Part shown: positions 18,783-28,752 of the stretch, piece after piece | Position numbering within the stretch: the first letter of the stretch is position 1 | Layout of the letters: every line of letters begins with the position of its first letter | Virus record (IMG/VR): IMGVR_UViG_3300030514_000001 | Span: 1-64,000 of that record | Source: a virus | Lineage: Duplodnaviria > Heunggongvirae > Uroviricota > Caudoviricetes > Herelleviridae | Direction: 5' to 3' (one strand) | DNA length: 64,000 bases | Translations under genes and position numbers: made by a program | Notes under the pieces: model-generated | Databases searched by the model: none | What the model saw: the letters and a program-made list of their open reading frames with translations, nothing else | What the model was told of the DNA's origin: nothing

Positions 18783-18810
18783 AGAGAGGCATATTTGTCT
18801 CTCTTTTTTA
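18783..18810 (+). terminator. rho-independent terminator
   Basis: AGAGAGGC...GTCTCTCT stem plus T6, after the SPFH gene. Confidence 0.65.
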
Positions 18811-18839
18811 TTGTTTACTAGTAGAGTTTGTGATATAAT
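18811..18839 (+). promoter_or_regulatory. sigma-A-type promoter (TTGTTT-17-TATAAT) for the DNA polymerase
   Basis: Perfect -10 with a 17-bp spacer after a terminator. Confidence 0.55.
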
Positions 18840-18861
18840 AGAAAGAGAAGGAGGAGATAGG

Positions 18862-21312
18862 TTGAAGATATTATTCGCACAGGAATACCTAAGGGAAAAC
18901 CACATGAAGAAGATGGAAGATGGAAGTCTTAAAAATGTGTTTCTCTCTACTAGAGGCGGTAAGTTATTAAAAAATCTTATTACAGATGGGTTAGAACTAA
19001 CAAACAAAGATTTTTATATTGATTACGCCTACTACGAAGTACCACAAGTTATTGGTAGGGATAAGAGTGGACGAGCCGTGAAGTATAAGCAGCCCGCCCA
19101 GAAAGACGCGAATCCATTGCATGAAGAGTTTAGAGCGCGTATCGTAAAAGAAAGACCAGACATTATCGTTCCTTCTGGTAATCTAGGTTGTAAAGCTCTT
19201 TTGGGAAAAGCATCTATTTCTACGATGCGGGGGGTTCCGCAAAAAGTAAGGATTGTACATAAGACAACTAAGACAGCAGATGCTCCAGACAACATTGTAG
19301 AAGAGTACAGACTATCAAAGGTTTTAAGAGATTTAGAAAACGATTTAAAAATAGCTATGCGAAAACTTGAAAATATCGATAACGGTATTGTCGGTGTCCG
19401 TGACCCGTATCATGAGTTAGTATTACGATATCCGCAAGTTCAACAAGAACGAGATGACGCAGCAGCTATCGTTGAAGGTCTAGAAATAGAAATAGCTGGA
19501 CTGAGACAGTCAGGTATAACACCAGACTTCGAATTACCTACTACTGAGATAGAAGAGAGCCATACTTGTTGGGTTCTACCGATGTACTCAATGGAGTATA
19601 TGCTAGTAAATCCGAAAATTCAGAATTTAGTAGAAGCAGATTTTGGTACACTTAAGAAATTCGTAGACGAAGGTGAAGATGCATTCGTAGCTAAGAAAGT
19701 TAAATACGAAGATGTAACTACTATCGAACGTGTACGAGAGATATTTACGAAGATTGTAAAAGAAGCTCCAGTAGTCGCATGGGATTTAGAGACAAACACT
19801 TTAAGCCCAGAACGAATAGGTGCAAAACCGCTAGTAATCTCTTTATCTTGGAAGGAAGGTACAGGTGCTACAATTCCACTGGAACACAAGGATTTTATGT
19901 GGCTCCCGGGACATCTAGCGGAGATTTATAAATACATAGAAGAGTTTGTAGGCGACGAAAATATAGTAAAGGTCGCGCATAATGGGAAATATGACCAAAA
20001 GTTCTTGAGGTTAACTAGAAATATTACACGATTCAAGAACCATCGAGATACAAAGACAATGTACTACTTACTTGTCAATCAGGATGTTAAAGGGTCATTA
20101 CGATTATCAGACCTAACATATGAATTTACAGATATGGGTGGATATGATAAAGCGTTAGAAGATTACAAGAAACAATACATAGAGGATTATAAAGCGAAAG
20201 AAAAAGCTCGTATCGACCAAGAGAAACTTGATTGGAAGTTAAAATGCGATGCAGAGCGAGAGCAAGCTAGTAACAAGATTAAAGAAATGAAAGCGGATAT
20301 CAATGCTGCAATCAAGGAGTTACGTTCTGAGCTAAAGGTTGTTAATAAGACAATCAAGAAGCTAGAGAAAGATGGACAGCCTCTTACAGAGTTCTTAGCA
20401 GGTAGACCGGAGTACTTAACAAACAGGATTGAAGAGCTTAAACAACAGCGTGATAGGCAAGCGCAAGAGTGGAAGTATGAGAAACCACCTACACCTAAAT
20501 GGGACGAAGTAAAAGCTCCTGTTAACGAGATAGATGGCGGAGACTTCAACTATGAATGGATTCCTTTATGGGAAATGCTTTCTCCATATGCTTCTGGTGA
20601 CGTTGATGTGTGTTTACGTATCTACAACCAATTAGCAGAGAGATGTACGAAGAAAGGTCTTAAGAAGATTGAAGACCTCTATAAAGGGCATTATCCGGAG
20701 CTTGTGAACGTTCTAGCTAAGATTGAGGCTACAGGTATCAAAACGGATATTCCGTACATCAAGAGCCTTGTAGAAGCTTATACGAAGGAAGAAAACAGAC
20801 TTATCGCTCTTATGCGTAAGTTCCCAGAGATTAAGCAACTAGAACAAGAAAAAGAAGAACTATATCGTATGGGGCTAGAAGAGAAGATGAAGCCTGTTAA
20901 ATTCCGTGATACGGAGATAGCGAAGTTACGTGACAAGTATAAGGATGAAGAGGATAGAAGGTTTAATCCGAACTCATCCGATGATAAGCAAAAAGTCATG
21001 TTCAAGTACACAGGTATTAAACTTCCATTCAACCGTGAGCATCTAGTGGATTCTGCTGTAGAGAACAATCTAGAAGAACATGAAATTGAGTGGTACCATT
21101 ACAAGTCTAACTCTGCGAATATGAAGTTCATAGCGAAAAACTACCCAGAGATGAAAGAACTAGCAGAGCTACTAGTAGAGTTCTCATTAGTTAAGACTCG
21201 TAAACAGAACTTCACATACAAGTTCTTAAGTATGGTAGACCATAATGATATCCTGCATGGCTCATTCAACAGTGAAGGTACAGAGACAAGCCGTTTATCA
21301 TCAGCGAACCCT
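18862..21312 (+). CDS. DNA polymerase, family A with 3'-5' exonuclease (exon 1)
   Basis: TTG start after AAGGAGGAG; Exo I VVAWDLETNTL, Exo II HNGKYDQKF, Exo III YASGDVDV; ends in ...ETSRLSSANP just before the intron; the 3' boundary is approximate. Confidence 0.75.
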
Positions 21313-22225
21313 AAAGTCATGTTGGGGTTCTAAAATCCTGTGAATTGACTGGAAACCCCTTAGAGCCTTACACACTCCTTTACACGGTGACGTAGTAAAT
21401 ATAGTAAAAGAGGTAAGGATTGGGCAATCAGCAGCCAAGCTACTTAGGGATAAGTAGAAGGTTCAACGACTAACGCATACGGGCTAGACCAGCCTATGAA
21501 GCGACACGAGCGCAGGAGAATCTAGTAATGTGGTGTTACTAGGAGGTAAAAATGTTTAAAGAAGAATGGAAACCGATAGAAGGTTTCGAAGGTAGATATG
21601 AAATTAGTAACAAAGGTAGGGTGTGGAGTAATCTACGTGGTAAAGAGCTAAGTCAGTGGAAAATCAACAGCGGGTATATGTCCGTTAGGCTCTTTATTGA
21701 TGGCAAACAGAAGAGTAAAACAGTACATAGGCTAGTAGCTAAAGCATTTTGTAGCGGTTATCGAGAAGGTCTAGAAGTGAATCACAAAGACACAGATAGG
21801 ACGAATAACAATTTCGACAACCTAGAGTGGGTTACTAGACTAGAAAATATCCGCGATATCGTAGAACGAGGTACTTTAAATACGCATACCGCAAGAGAAA
21901 AACTGGCTGCCGTATCTAGAAAGAAAGTAGATATGTATACAAAAGATGGTTCAGAATACATACGAACATACAATTCTATCAAAGAAGCTTGTGAAGAAAC
22001 CGGAGCGCAACAAGCGCATATATCTCGTGTCTGTCACGGTAAGCGACAAAGTGCCGGAGGTTATCACTGGAAATTTAACGATTCTGTAGATAAGAACAGA
22101 AGCGTATCAACTAAATGGAAAAAATAAAACAAACACCACATTACTGATTCAAGATATAGTCTATTCTTATATGAAAGTGTAAGAAGTAGTATTTAAAAGG
22201 TACTACGATAATATAAAAAAACATG
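21313..22225 (+). mobile_element. group I self-splicing intron interrupting the DNA polymerase gene (carries a homing endonuclease ORF)
   Basis: Pol reading frame stops shortly after the conserved ...SSANP; the downstream in-frame ORF resumes with QNMPRK (conserved PolA 'QNIP' motif); exon 1 ends in U and the intron ends in G; the 5' part is GC-rich and structured; an HNH ORF lies inside. Boundaries +/- a few nt. Confidence 0.6.
21552..22127 (+). CDS. intron-encoded HNH homing endonuclease (I-HmuI-like)
   Basis: N-terminal EWKPIEGFEGRYEISNKGRVWS, HNH core VNHKDTDRTNNNFDNLEWVT, C-terminal helix-turn-helix; strong RBS AGGAGGTAAAA. Confidence 0.8.
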   Translation: MFKEEWKPIEGFEGRYEISNKGRVWSNLRGKELSQWKINSGYMSVRLFIDGKQKSKTVHRLVAKAFCSGYREGLEVNHKDTDRTNNNFDNLEWVTRLENIRDIVERGTLNTHTAREKLAAVSRKKVDMYTKDGSEYIRTYNSIKEACEETGAQQAHISRVCHGKRQSAGGYHWKFNDSVDKNRSVSTKWKK

Positions 22226-23212
22226 CAAAATATGCCTCGTAAATCCGGGGACGTATATCGATTCGACTATAAACATCCAATCAAGCGTATGTTCATTTCA
22301 AGATTCGAAGGTGGAGCATTAATCCAGCTCGATTATAGCTCGTTAGAGTCTCGTGTAATGGCTTTAGACGCAATGGATATGGATATGATTAAATCGTTCT
22401 TCGATGGCGAGGATATCCACAGACAGACAGCAGCCTTAACGTTCCGTAAGCCACCGGAGGACGTTACAGACGATGAACGTACAAAAGCAAAAGCCGTATC
22501 GTTCGGTCTAGCGTATGGTGAGGTTCCGTTCTCATTCGCACCTAAACATAATATGACTGTAGAGGAAGCAGAAAAACTATTCGAAGACTTCTTCGCTGGG
22601 AAGCCGCGATTGAAAGAGTACATAGAAGAGAATAAAGAAATCGCAATGAAAGCTGGTAGTATCTCATGTCTACAAGGATACACTCGTAATCTACGAGATG
22701 TGTATTCCCAAGATAAGCAGAAACGTAACGGCGCATTACGTCAGGCTACCAACACACGTATACAGGGTTCTGGTGCATTCTTAACGAACAACTCATTAAT
22801 CTACATCAATAACCTAATTGAGAAAATGAACTTACGTTCTCGTATTGTACTAACAGTACACGATAGTATTGTAATCGATTGTCCACCAGAAGAGATTAAG
22901 TTAATGGCTCACATTGGTAAAACAGTCATGGAGAACTTACCTATCGATTGGTTGTGGATTGACTGGGAAGGGGAAAGAAGAAGATTCCCTATCACGGCTG
23001 ATGTCGAGATTGGTGTTACATACAATGATATGGTAGATTACAATCCAGACGATTTAGACACATTCGCGTCTGTAGCAGGTTACTGTAAATACCACGGAGA
23101 CTTAAAGAACGTTAAGAACTATAAGAACTCTAAGGCGATTACAGAAGAGAAGTACGATGAACTAGTAGCAGTAATTAAGTCAAATAAACCGCAATACCAA
23201 AAAATAGCTTAA
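22226..23212 (+). CDS. DNA polymerase, family A (exon 2)
   Basis: Starts QNMPRK...; contains motif C VHDSIVIDCP; no independent RBS. Confidence 0.75.
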   Translation, partial: QNMPRKSGDVYRFDYKHPIKRMFISRFEGGALIQLDYSSLESRVMALDAMDMDMIKSFFDGEDIHRQTAALTFRKPPEDVTDDERTKAKAVSFGLAYGEVPFSFAPKHNMTVEEAEKLFEDFFAGKPRLKEYIEENKEIAMKAGSISCLQGYTRNLRDVYSQDKQKRNGALRQATNTRIQGSGAFLTNNSLIYINNLIEKMNLRSRIVLTVHDSIVIDCPPEEIKLMAHIGKTVMENLPIDWLWIDWEGERRRFPITADVEIGVTYNDMVDYNPDDLDTFASVAGYCKYHGDLKNVKNYKNSKAITEEKYDELVAVIKSNKPQYQKIA

Positions 23213-23221
23213 GGAGGGATT

Positions 23222-23350
23222 ATGGTGGGTATAAAGATATTTACAGAAGAAGAATTAGATGCGATGGACTGGAACGACTTGCTAGAATTGTATCTGATTC
23301 TGTCAGAAAACCTAGACAAAGTAAACATGGAAATTGACAATAGAATTTAA
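23222..23350 (+). CDS. hypothetical small protein
   Basis: 42 aa, RBS TAAGGAGGGAT; not in the track. Confidence 0.35.
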   Translation: MVGIKIFTEEELDAMDWNDLLELYLILSENLDKVNMEIDNRI

Positions 23351-23368
23351 TAAAAAGGAGAGATTTTA

Positions 23369-23623
23369 ATGGAGAAAAAAGCAAAATGGGTTTTTATTGG
23401 AGAGTCTGACGAGTTCTTTACAAAGAGTAAGTTTTACCCGGAGATTGATAGAGCATCTACCGAGTGGGGCGGGATTTCCGAAGAAGCATTTATCGACATT
23501 ATCAATAACGAGTTCGAAGTAGAATATCCAATCGATGAAAATTACAAATTCTTTATCGATAATGATGGAGAGCCACACCTACTAGACAAAGAATTTTGGC
23601 AAATTAATTTCTATAGATTATAA
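23369..23623 (+). CDS. hypothetical protein
   Basis: RBS AAAAGGAGAGA. Confidence 0.5.
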   Translation: MEKKAKWVFIGESDEFFTKSKFYPEIDRASTEWGGISEEAFIDIINNEFEVEYPIDENYKFFIDNDGEPHLLDKEFWQINFYRL

Positions 23624-23637
23624 GGAGGAAAATACAT

Positions 23638-23895
23638 ATGACTATTAACGAGTTAGGTTACGAAGATAACGATTGGTTAGGAAGAGAATGCTATTTACCA
23701 AACTATTTACTAGAGATAGAAATAGAAGGTTCGATGTATACGCTTTGTCGAGTTGCTTATATCGATGAAATTACTGAGACTGTCTATGTTCTATATACAC
23801 ATCCGGACGATGTAGGAGGGGAGGAAGGTACCGCAACACAGCGATACGCATACATACCTAAAGCCGATTTTGCCCAAAATGCGATGTGGACATAA
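23638..23895 (+). CDS. hypothetical protein
   Basis: RBS TAAGGAGGAAAA. Confidence 0.55.
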   Translation: MTINELGYEDNDWLGRECYLPNYLLEIEIEGSMYTLCRVAYIDEITETVYVLYTHPDDVGGEEGTATQRYAYIPKADFAQNAMWT

Positions 23896-23913
23896 AAAAA
23901 TAAAAAAGTTTAG

Positions 23914-23941
23914 GAGAAGGGGTTGACCCTTCTCTTTTTTG
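23914..23941 (+). terminator. rho-independent terminator
   Basis: GAGAAGGG-GTTGA-CCCTTCTC perfect 8-bp stem plus T6. Confidence 0.7.
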
Positions 23942-23986
23942 ATGGTATTCTTTACTTACAGGCAACAACAAATAGGAGGAGATAAC

Positions 23987-24235
23987 ATGATTAAGGTACA
24001 CACGATATGGGATTGGGACAATGGACAACCATTAACAATGGTGTACGACGAAGACGGGCATAAGATTTTACAGATTAATGAAAAGTTTGAAGCGGATTTC
24101 GATACTGTTTACGTGTTTGGTAATGGGCTTTACACACTGGAAAGTATAAAAGATGAGGGTAAGTACTTTATATTCGACGAGTACAACAAAGGAATGAAAG
24201 GGTTGATAACTAAAATGGAGGTGGATTTTAAATGA
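23987..24235 (+). CDS. hypothetical protein
   Basis: ATG after ATAGGAGGAGATAAC; the track start at 23939 overlaps the terminator. Confidence 0.5.
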   Translation: MIKVHTIWDWDNGQPLTMVYDEDGHKILQINEKFEADFDTVYVFGNGLYTLESIKDEGKYFIFDEYNKGMKGLITKMEVDFK

Positions 24236-24588
24236 ACTATAACATGTTTTATAAAGGAACTTACATAGGTTATGTATCAGATAAAGATGTGTTTTTGGAA
24301 TCAGAAGGTGTTACATTTAAAGAACGAGTAGAAAAAGAGGAACCACCATTTAGTATAGCTGTAGAAGTATTCGGTATTGATAAACCTAGTTGGCAAGTAG
24401 TTGATATGGACGATGTTATATTAGAATCAGGTATGGGTGACCCGGACTACGATTACGGGAAAACTTACGAATATAAAGGATGTACCTATGTATTAGAAGA
24501 CCATGGTTATAGCTTCGGTCATTCTAGGTTTGACCTTGTTAAACTAGTAGATGAAAACAGAAGAAGTTTATTACCGGGAGGGGAATAG
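24232..24588 (+). CDS. hypothetical protein
   Basis: ATGA overlap; 118 aa. Confidence 0.55.
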   Translation: MNYNMFYKGTYIGYVSDKDVFLESEGVTFKERVEKEEPPFSIAVEVFGIDKPSWQVVDMDDVILESGMGDPDYDYGKTYEYKGCTYVLEDHGYSFGHSRFDLVKLVDENRRSLLPGGE

Positions 24589-24590
24589 TA

Positions 24591-24875
24591 ATGATTAGTA
24601 AAAAAGATTTTAAGAGATTCAATGATGCGTTCGATGCAGCTTTCGATGACTTGGTGACAGCTATAAAATCTATAGAGAACAAGCCTTTTCAATTCCCTTT
24701 ATACGAATTAACTGGAGAAGAGGGTAGTGAGGGTGTTATGGTTACGTGTCGTGTAACATACTATGACCTAGAAGCTTTTATAGCGGAGGTAGGATTCCGT
24801 GACCCACTAAACGATAACATGATTGACAGAAGATACATAACGTTCAATGAAATCGCTGAGAAAGGAGAATGGTAA
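24591..24875 (+). CDS. hypothetical protein
   Basis: RBS GGGAGGGGAATAG. Confidence 0.55.
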   Translation: MISKKDFKRFNDAFDAAFDDLVTAIKSIENKPFQFPLYELTGEEGSEGVMVTCRVTYYDLEAFIAEVGFRDPLNDNMIDRRYITFNEIAEKGEW

Positions 24876-25183
24876 TGGGTAAAGTTAATATAGGTAAGTT
24901 AAAAAAAGAAGCGGACAAGCTTAAGTTAGTATGTGAAGGATTAAAAGGTCACTATTGTACACTATCATCAATCGTACTAGGCATGTCATGGTTAGGTTTA
25001 TTCCCGGTACATTGTAAGATTAGAGAGGTAGATGTGTTCGAAGGATATGTAGGAGTAGAATTTATAGACCCCGACCCAGACCCGGGAGAGGAACCGATAG
25101 AGCTAATCGAATACGTAAGCATTGAAGAGTTTCAATCGGATGTAAGATGGGGTTGGTTAAAAGAGAGTGATTGGTTAAAATAG
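24869..25183 (+). CDS. hypothetical protein
   Basis: ATG near AAAGGAGA; alternative ATG at 24875. Confidence 0.5.
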   Translation: MVMGKVNIGKLKKEADKLKLVCEGLKGHYCTLSSIVLGMSWLGLFPVHCKIREVDVFEGYVGVEFIDPDPDPGEEPIELIEYVSIEEFQSDVRWGWLKESDWLK

Positions 25184-25198
25184 AGGAGGAATGGTAAT

Positions 25199-25402
25199 AT
25201 GGCAGCAGCATCTCTAACAGTTAGTACAAACGTAGGCGGATACAAAGAGTGGCGCGTTTATGGTGGTAACAGATTAGATGTAAGATGGATGAAAAGCGTT
25301 TACGAGAAAGCAGATTTTGAATGGATTAAAACAAAACATCCTAAGATGACACTAGAAGAATGGAAAACTTTAGACTTGTATTTAAATTTAAATAAGGGGT
25401 GA
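25199..25402 (+). CDS. hypothetical protein
   Basis: RBS AGAGGAGGAATGG. Confidence 0.5.
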   Translation: MAAASLTVSTNVGGYKEWRVYGGNRLDVRWMKSVYEKADFEWIKTKHPKMTLEEWKTLDLYLNLNKG

Positions 25403-25408
25403 ATTTAA

Positions 25409-25582
25409 ATGGAGACAAATAGAGTTTATTACGAGGGGGATTTTGAATATAAGTGGAACGGACTCTTCTATGTGTACCGTCATAAAAGTGAGTTCGATTG
25501 GAGCCTAGTTAAAACTACTAGTTTCCATATGGAAGTTGTTAAACAGTTAGAACACGATTATTTTGAGGAGGGAATCTATTGA
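25409..25582 (+). CDS. hypothetical small protein
   Basis: 57 aa, RBS AAGGGGTGAA; not in the track. Confidence 0.4.
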   Translation: METNRVYYEGDFEYKWNGLFYVYRHKSEFDWSLVKTTSFHMEVVKQLEHDYFEEGIY

Positions 25583-25779
25583 TTAAGTATTTTAAGAAGA
25601 TTTTTTGTAGGCATGATTATGATGCTAAATACGCTTCTATCGCATCAGTTCGTGATGGAGACGATAATTTAGTAATCCAAACAACCATGTACAAGTGTAC
25701 AAAATGTGAAGATGTAATACATAAGGAAGAAGTAACAAAAGTAGAAAAAGATTGGTATATAAAAGAGGAGGAAAATTAA
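25579..25779 (+). CDS. hypothetical small Cys protein
   Basis: TTG start; CRH...CTKCED zinc-ribbon-like. Confidence 0.45.
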   Translation: MIKYFKKIFCRHDYDAKYASIASVRDGDDNLVIQTTMYKCTKCEDVIHKEEVTKVEKDWYIKEEEN

Positions 25780-25780
25780 A

Positions 25781-26047
25781 ATGAAAATTATTTTAGATGA
25801 GCAGGTAGCAGAAACGAGATACGATGTAGGGGATATCATTGTATTAAAAAGCGGTACATATTTTATTCATAAACAGCCGGGAGGTAATGACTATTTCCTT
25901 CTTAGTGAAACTATGGAACATTATGCTAATGGCGCATGGACAAGCATTGAAAAGATGATTAATAGCGTTAAAGGTAACCCGTACTTCAAGCATTATCCTA
26001 AGAAGTCGTTCCAACTAAAAATTGTTAAAAATATTAATAAACTTTAA
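25781..26047 (+). CDS. hypothetical protein
   Basis: RBS AGAGGAGGAAAA. Confidence 0.55.
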   Translation: MKIILDEQVAETRYDVGDIIVLKSGTYFIHKQPGGNDYFLLSETMEHYANGAWTSIEKMINSVKGNPYFKHYPKKSFQLKIVKNINKL

Positions 26048-26055
26048 AAAAGTAC

Positions 26056-26084
26056 TTGCATTATTAATAGAATAGTGGTATTAT
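26056..26084 (+). promoter_or_regulatory. sigma-A-type promoter (TTGCAT-17-TATTAT/TATAAT)
   Basis: Hexamers with a 17-bp spacer. Confidence 0.5.
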
Positions 26085-26141
26085 AATTAGAGAAGATGAT
26101 AGTTGTCTTCTCTATTCTATTTAAAAGGAGGAGAATGCCGT

Positions 26142-26693
26142 TTGATAGACGTAAACGTGGACACGTTAGATTTTCAGAATTTACGCATAAAAGATGAGTC
26201 TGGACAAGAACTAATATACGACATGCGTAATGAATTAAAAATTAACGAGTCTATTTTGCAGCAGGAGATGTTAGAACAACCGTCGAAGTATATATACTGG
26301 TCTTCTTTGTTAGAGAAGCTACGATATTATCAAGAGATGGAAGAACTAAACTTAGAAGTTGTATGGTCGAAGTTAGATGGAGAAGCACGAACGCATATCA
26401 CCGCGCAAGGCGGGAAAGCAACGAAAGACCAAGTGGAAGCATACATAAAGCAACAAGAAGCGTATTTAAAACAGAAAAAGGTTTGCGTACACTATACGCA
26501 TGTTATTGGTCGTTTGCAACGTATTGTGAAAGCGTTTGAGCAACGTAAAGACATGTTACAGTCGTACGGGAAACAAGTAGCAAATGACCTGTCATACGGT
26601 CACGGAGCAGGTAGTAAGTTCATGCAAGACGAACAAGCTTATTTAAACTATGCTCAACAACAAGTCAATCCACAGATAGGTAGAGGCTACTAA
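26142..26693 (+). CDS. hypothetical coiled-coil protein
   Basis: TTG 6 nt after AAAGGAGGAG; the track start at 26103 overlaps the promoter. Confidence 0.5.
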   Translation: MIDVNVDTLDFQNLRIKDESGQELIYDMRNELKINESILQQEMLEQPSKYIYWSSLLEKLRYYQEMEELNLEVVWSKLDGEARTHITAQGGKATKDQVEAYIKQQEAYLKQKKVCVHYTHVIGRLQRIVKAFEQRKDMLQSYGKQVANDLSYGHGAGSKFMQDEQAYLNYAQQQVNPQIGRGY

Positions 26694-26875
26694 TGAAGAC
26701 TCGTGAAGAAATCATGGAAGTATTTAACGAGACTTTAGAGACAGATAAAGAAGTAAGAGAAGCGTGGCACAATAGAGAAATTGGCTACGAGGATTACAAA
26801 AGCTATCTCACTCAAAATAGATGCTATCGATTAGCCCTACAGTGGGTTCTAGGAGAGGCAGATAGATTTGACTAA
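26693..26875 (+). CDS. hypothetical protein
   Basis: TAATG overlap; 60 aa. Confidence 0.5.
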   Translation: MKTREEIMEVFNETLETDKEVREAWHNREIGYEDYKSYLTQNRCYRLALQWVLGEADRFD

Positions 26876-26903
26876 TAAATTTTCGGAAAATTCAGAAAAT
26901 TAG

Positions 26904-26932
26904 TTGACATCCTATTCATAACATGGTATTAT
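26904..26932 (+). promoter_or_regulatory. sigma-A-type promoter (TTGACA-17-TATTAT)
   Basis: Consensus -35; TATAAT overlaps. Confidence 0.6.
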
Positions 26933-27052
26933 AATAGAGTACCAGTTAAGAGAGGAGGGTAAATAAAGTGAAAGGTAACAACGCCACTTAGTTTTTGGGT
27001 AGTACATAGAATACATAAGAAAATTTAAAATAATTAGGAGGAAAATACATAT

Positions 27053-28324
27053 ATGAATTTTGCTGATATCATTGCTAACGAACAGAAGAACTTAGAACAA
27101 CAAGGAGGCGGTGACCATCCGAAGGTAGTTTACCCGGAAACAAAACACCAACGCCTGTTCTTCGAGAAAGGGCAAACGGAATTAATGATTCAATTATTAC
27201 CATCCGGTGATTTAGTAAGCCCGTTCTTCGCACATACTCGTAAGATTTTCCTAAGTGCTAAAACATCTAAAGGTAAAGAGTTAAATGTTAACTTCACTTT
27301 AGATAGCCAAGTAAACGAAGGTTCATTACTAGATAACAAGATTGCAGAGTGGACAGATAAAGGAATGATTCCTACTCCATTCGGTGGACAACAAAAACCT
27401 AAAAATCTTTACCTAGTTAACGTGGTTCGTGTATTCCCACATCCACAGAATCCACAACAATTATACCAAGAGCGCGATGAGCATGGCAACCTAGTAGTTC
27501 GATTATTCGAAATGCCACAAACAGCGTTCAAAACGATTCTTAAGAATCTACAAGACCCGTTCTTATCTGGTGGACGTGAATTATCATTCATCGACCCGAA
27601 TGGTGCGTACCCTATTAAAATCTCAAAACCAGCTAAAGGTCAAATGGAGTATCCAGTAACAGTTTACCAAACAAACTTACCACCATTAGGACAAGGTTGG
27701 GAAACACAGTTAGAGAACTTACCAGCACATGCGGTACCAACTGAGCGTTTAGAGAATGGTTACCAATGGGTAGAAACATTCATCAGCATTAAAGAAGGTA
27801 AACCACAAGGACAGGCTCAACAACAGCCACAAGGACAAGCTCCACAGCAAAATCCTTACGGACAACAAGCTAACCCTTATGGACAAGCTCCAGCTTTAGG
27901 ACAGAATCCTTACGGACAAACAGCTAATACATATCAAGCACCACAAAATACATATGCACCACCAGCTCAAACTGCATACCAAGCACCGCCAGCACCGAGT
28001 TACGGTCAACAAGCAGCTACAGGTTACCAAGCGCCACCAGCGTACCAACCACCTGCATACCAACCGCCAGCGGAGCCTAACATTCAATTACCATCCGGTA
28101 TGAATGAGCCAGACCCGTTTGACATTGGAGTATCGACTGACTTATCTCGAAATGGTGGAGTGGGTGCACCAGTAACGACAGCACCTCCAGTACCGCCAGC
28201 TCAACAACCAGTAAATACAGTACAACAGACAGCGCCACAAACGCAACCTGATTTAACTAAAGTAGCTACAAACGATAACGGGTTCCCTGATATCGATGCT
28301 ATGATTGCGGAAGAGCTTCAATAA
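27053..28324 (+). CDS. putative ssDNA-binding protein with a low-complexity Q/P/Y/G linker and an acidic C-terminal tip
   Basis: N-terminal globular domain of about 250 aa; then NPYGQ/YQAPP repeats; then a C-terminal DIDAMIAEELQ tip like SSB acidic tails; strong RBS; directly downstream of an early promoter and upstream of the recA-like gene. Confidence 0.4.
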   Translation: MNFADIIANEQKNLEQQGGGDHPKVVYPETKHQRLFFEKGQTELMIQLLPSGDLVSPFFAHTRKIFLSAKTSKGKELNVNFTLDSQVNEGSLLDNKIAEWTDKGMIPTPFGGQQKPKNLYLVNVVRVFPHPQNPQQLYQERDEHGNLVVRLFEMPQTAFKTILKNLQDPFLSGGRELSFIDPNGAYPIKISKPAKGQMEYPVTVYQTNLPPLGQGWETQLENLPAHAVPTERLENGYQWVETFISIKEGKPQGQAQQQPQGQAPQQNPYGQQANPYGQAPALGQNPYGQTANTYQAPQNTYAPPAQTAYQAPPAPSYGQQAATGYQAPPAYQPPAYQPPAEPNIQLPSGMNEPDPFDIGVSTDLSRNGGVGAPVTTAPPVPPAQQPVNTVQQTAPQTQPDLTKVATNDNGFPDIDAMIAEELQ

Positions 28325-28333
28325 GATGTAAGT

Positions 28334-28360
28334 CCTAGCCTTTTGGCTAGGCTATCTTTA
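28334..28360 (+). terminator. rho-independent terminator (weaker U-tract)
   Basis: CCTAGCC-TTTT-GGCTAGG stem after the SSB-like gene. Confidence 0.5.
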
Positions 28361-28380
28361 TTAAAAATAGGAGGTAAACA

Positions 28381-28752
28381 ATGACAAACTATATGAAATT
28401 AGAACATGAATTACTAGATGGTGAGTATACAGAGGTATGGTGCGACGAGCCAAAACAAAACTATGTCCATCATGCTCCGCATAAGTTCCAAGTAGTTGCT
28501 ACAGAAGACCGTGATACATTAGCTCTTATCCGATTCCAAGAAGGGGCAATTAAAGAACACGGTGTAAACGGTGTCACAAACGAAGATTTAATCCTTATGA
28601 TTATGAAACGTTTAGAATGTTTCCAAGAAACGAAGTTTGCTTGCCGTGATAATGAAGAGGCTTTAAATGGATTACACAAAGCATTGTACCATTTAACGAA
28701 CCGTACACGCGAACGTAAAGCTCGTGGGGTAGAAGGAACGCACAAAGTATGA
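28381..28752 (+). CDS. hypothetical protein
   Basis: RBS ATAGGAGGTAAAC. Confidence 0.55.
   Translation: MTNYMKLEHELLDGEYTEVWCDEPKQNYVHHAPHKFQVVATEDRDTLALIRFQEGAIKEHGVNGVTNEDLILMIMKRLECFQETKFACRDNEEALNGLHKALYHLTNRTRERKARGVEGTHKV

Noticed and set aside
18811-18861. Track start at 18811 for the DNA polymerase (MFTSRVCDIIEREGGDR...)
   Set aside because: This stretch is the promoter (TTGTTT-17-TATAAT) and the RBS AGAAGGAGGAG, so the start was moved to TTG 18862.
23908-23941. AGGAGA-N17-TTTTTT arrangement resembling the SPO1 middle-promoter consensus
   Set aside because: The same bases form the perfect 8-bp stem and U-tract of an intrinsic terminator. A single occurrence was seen; it is kept as a terminator.
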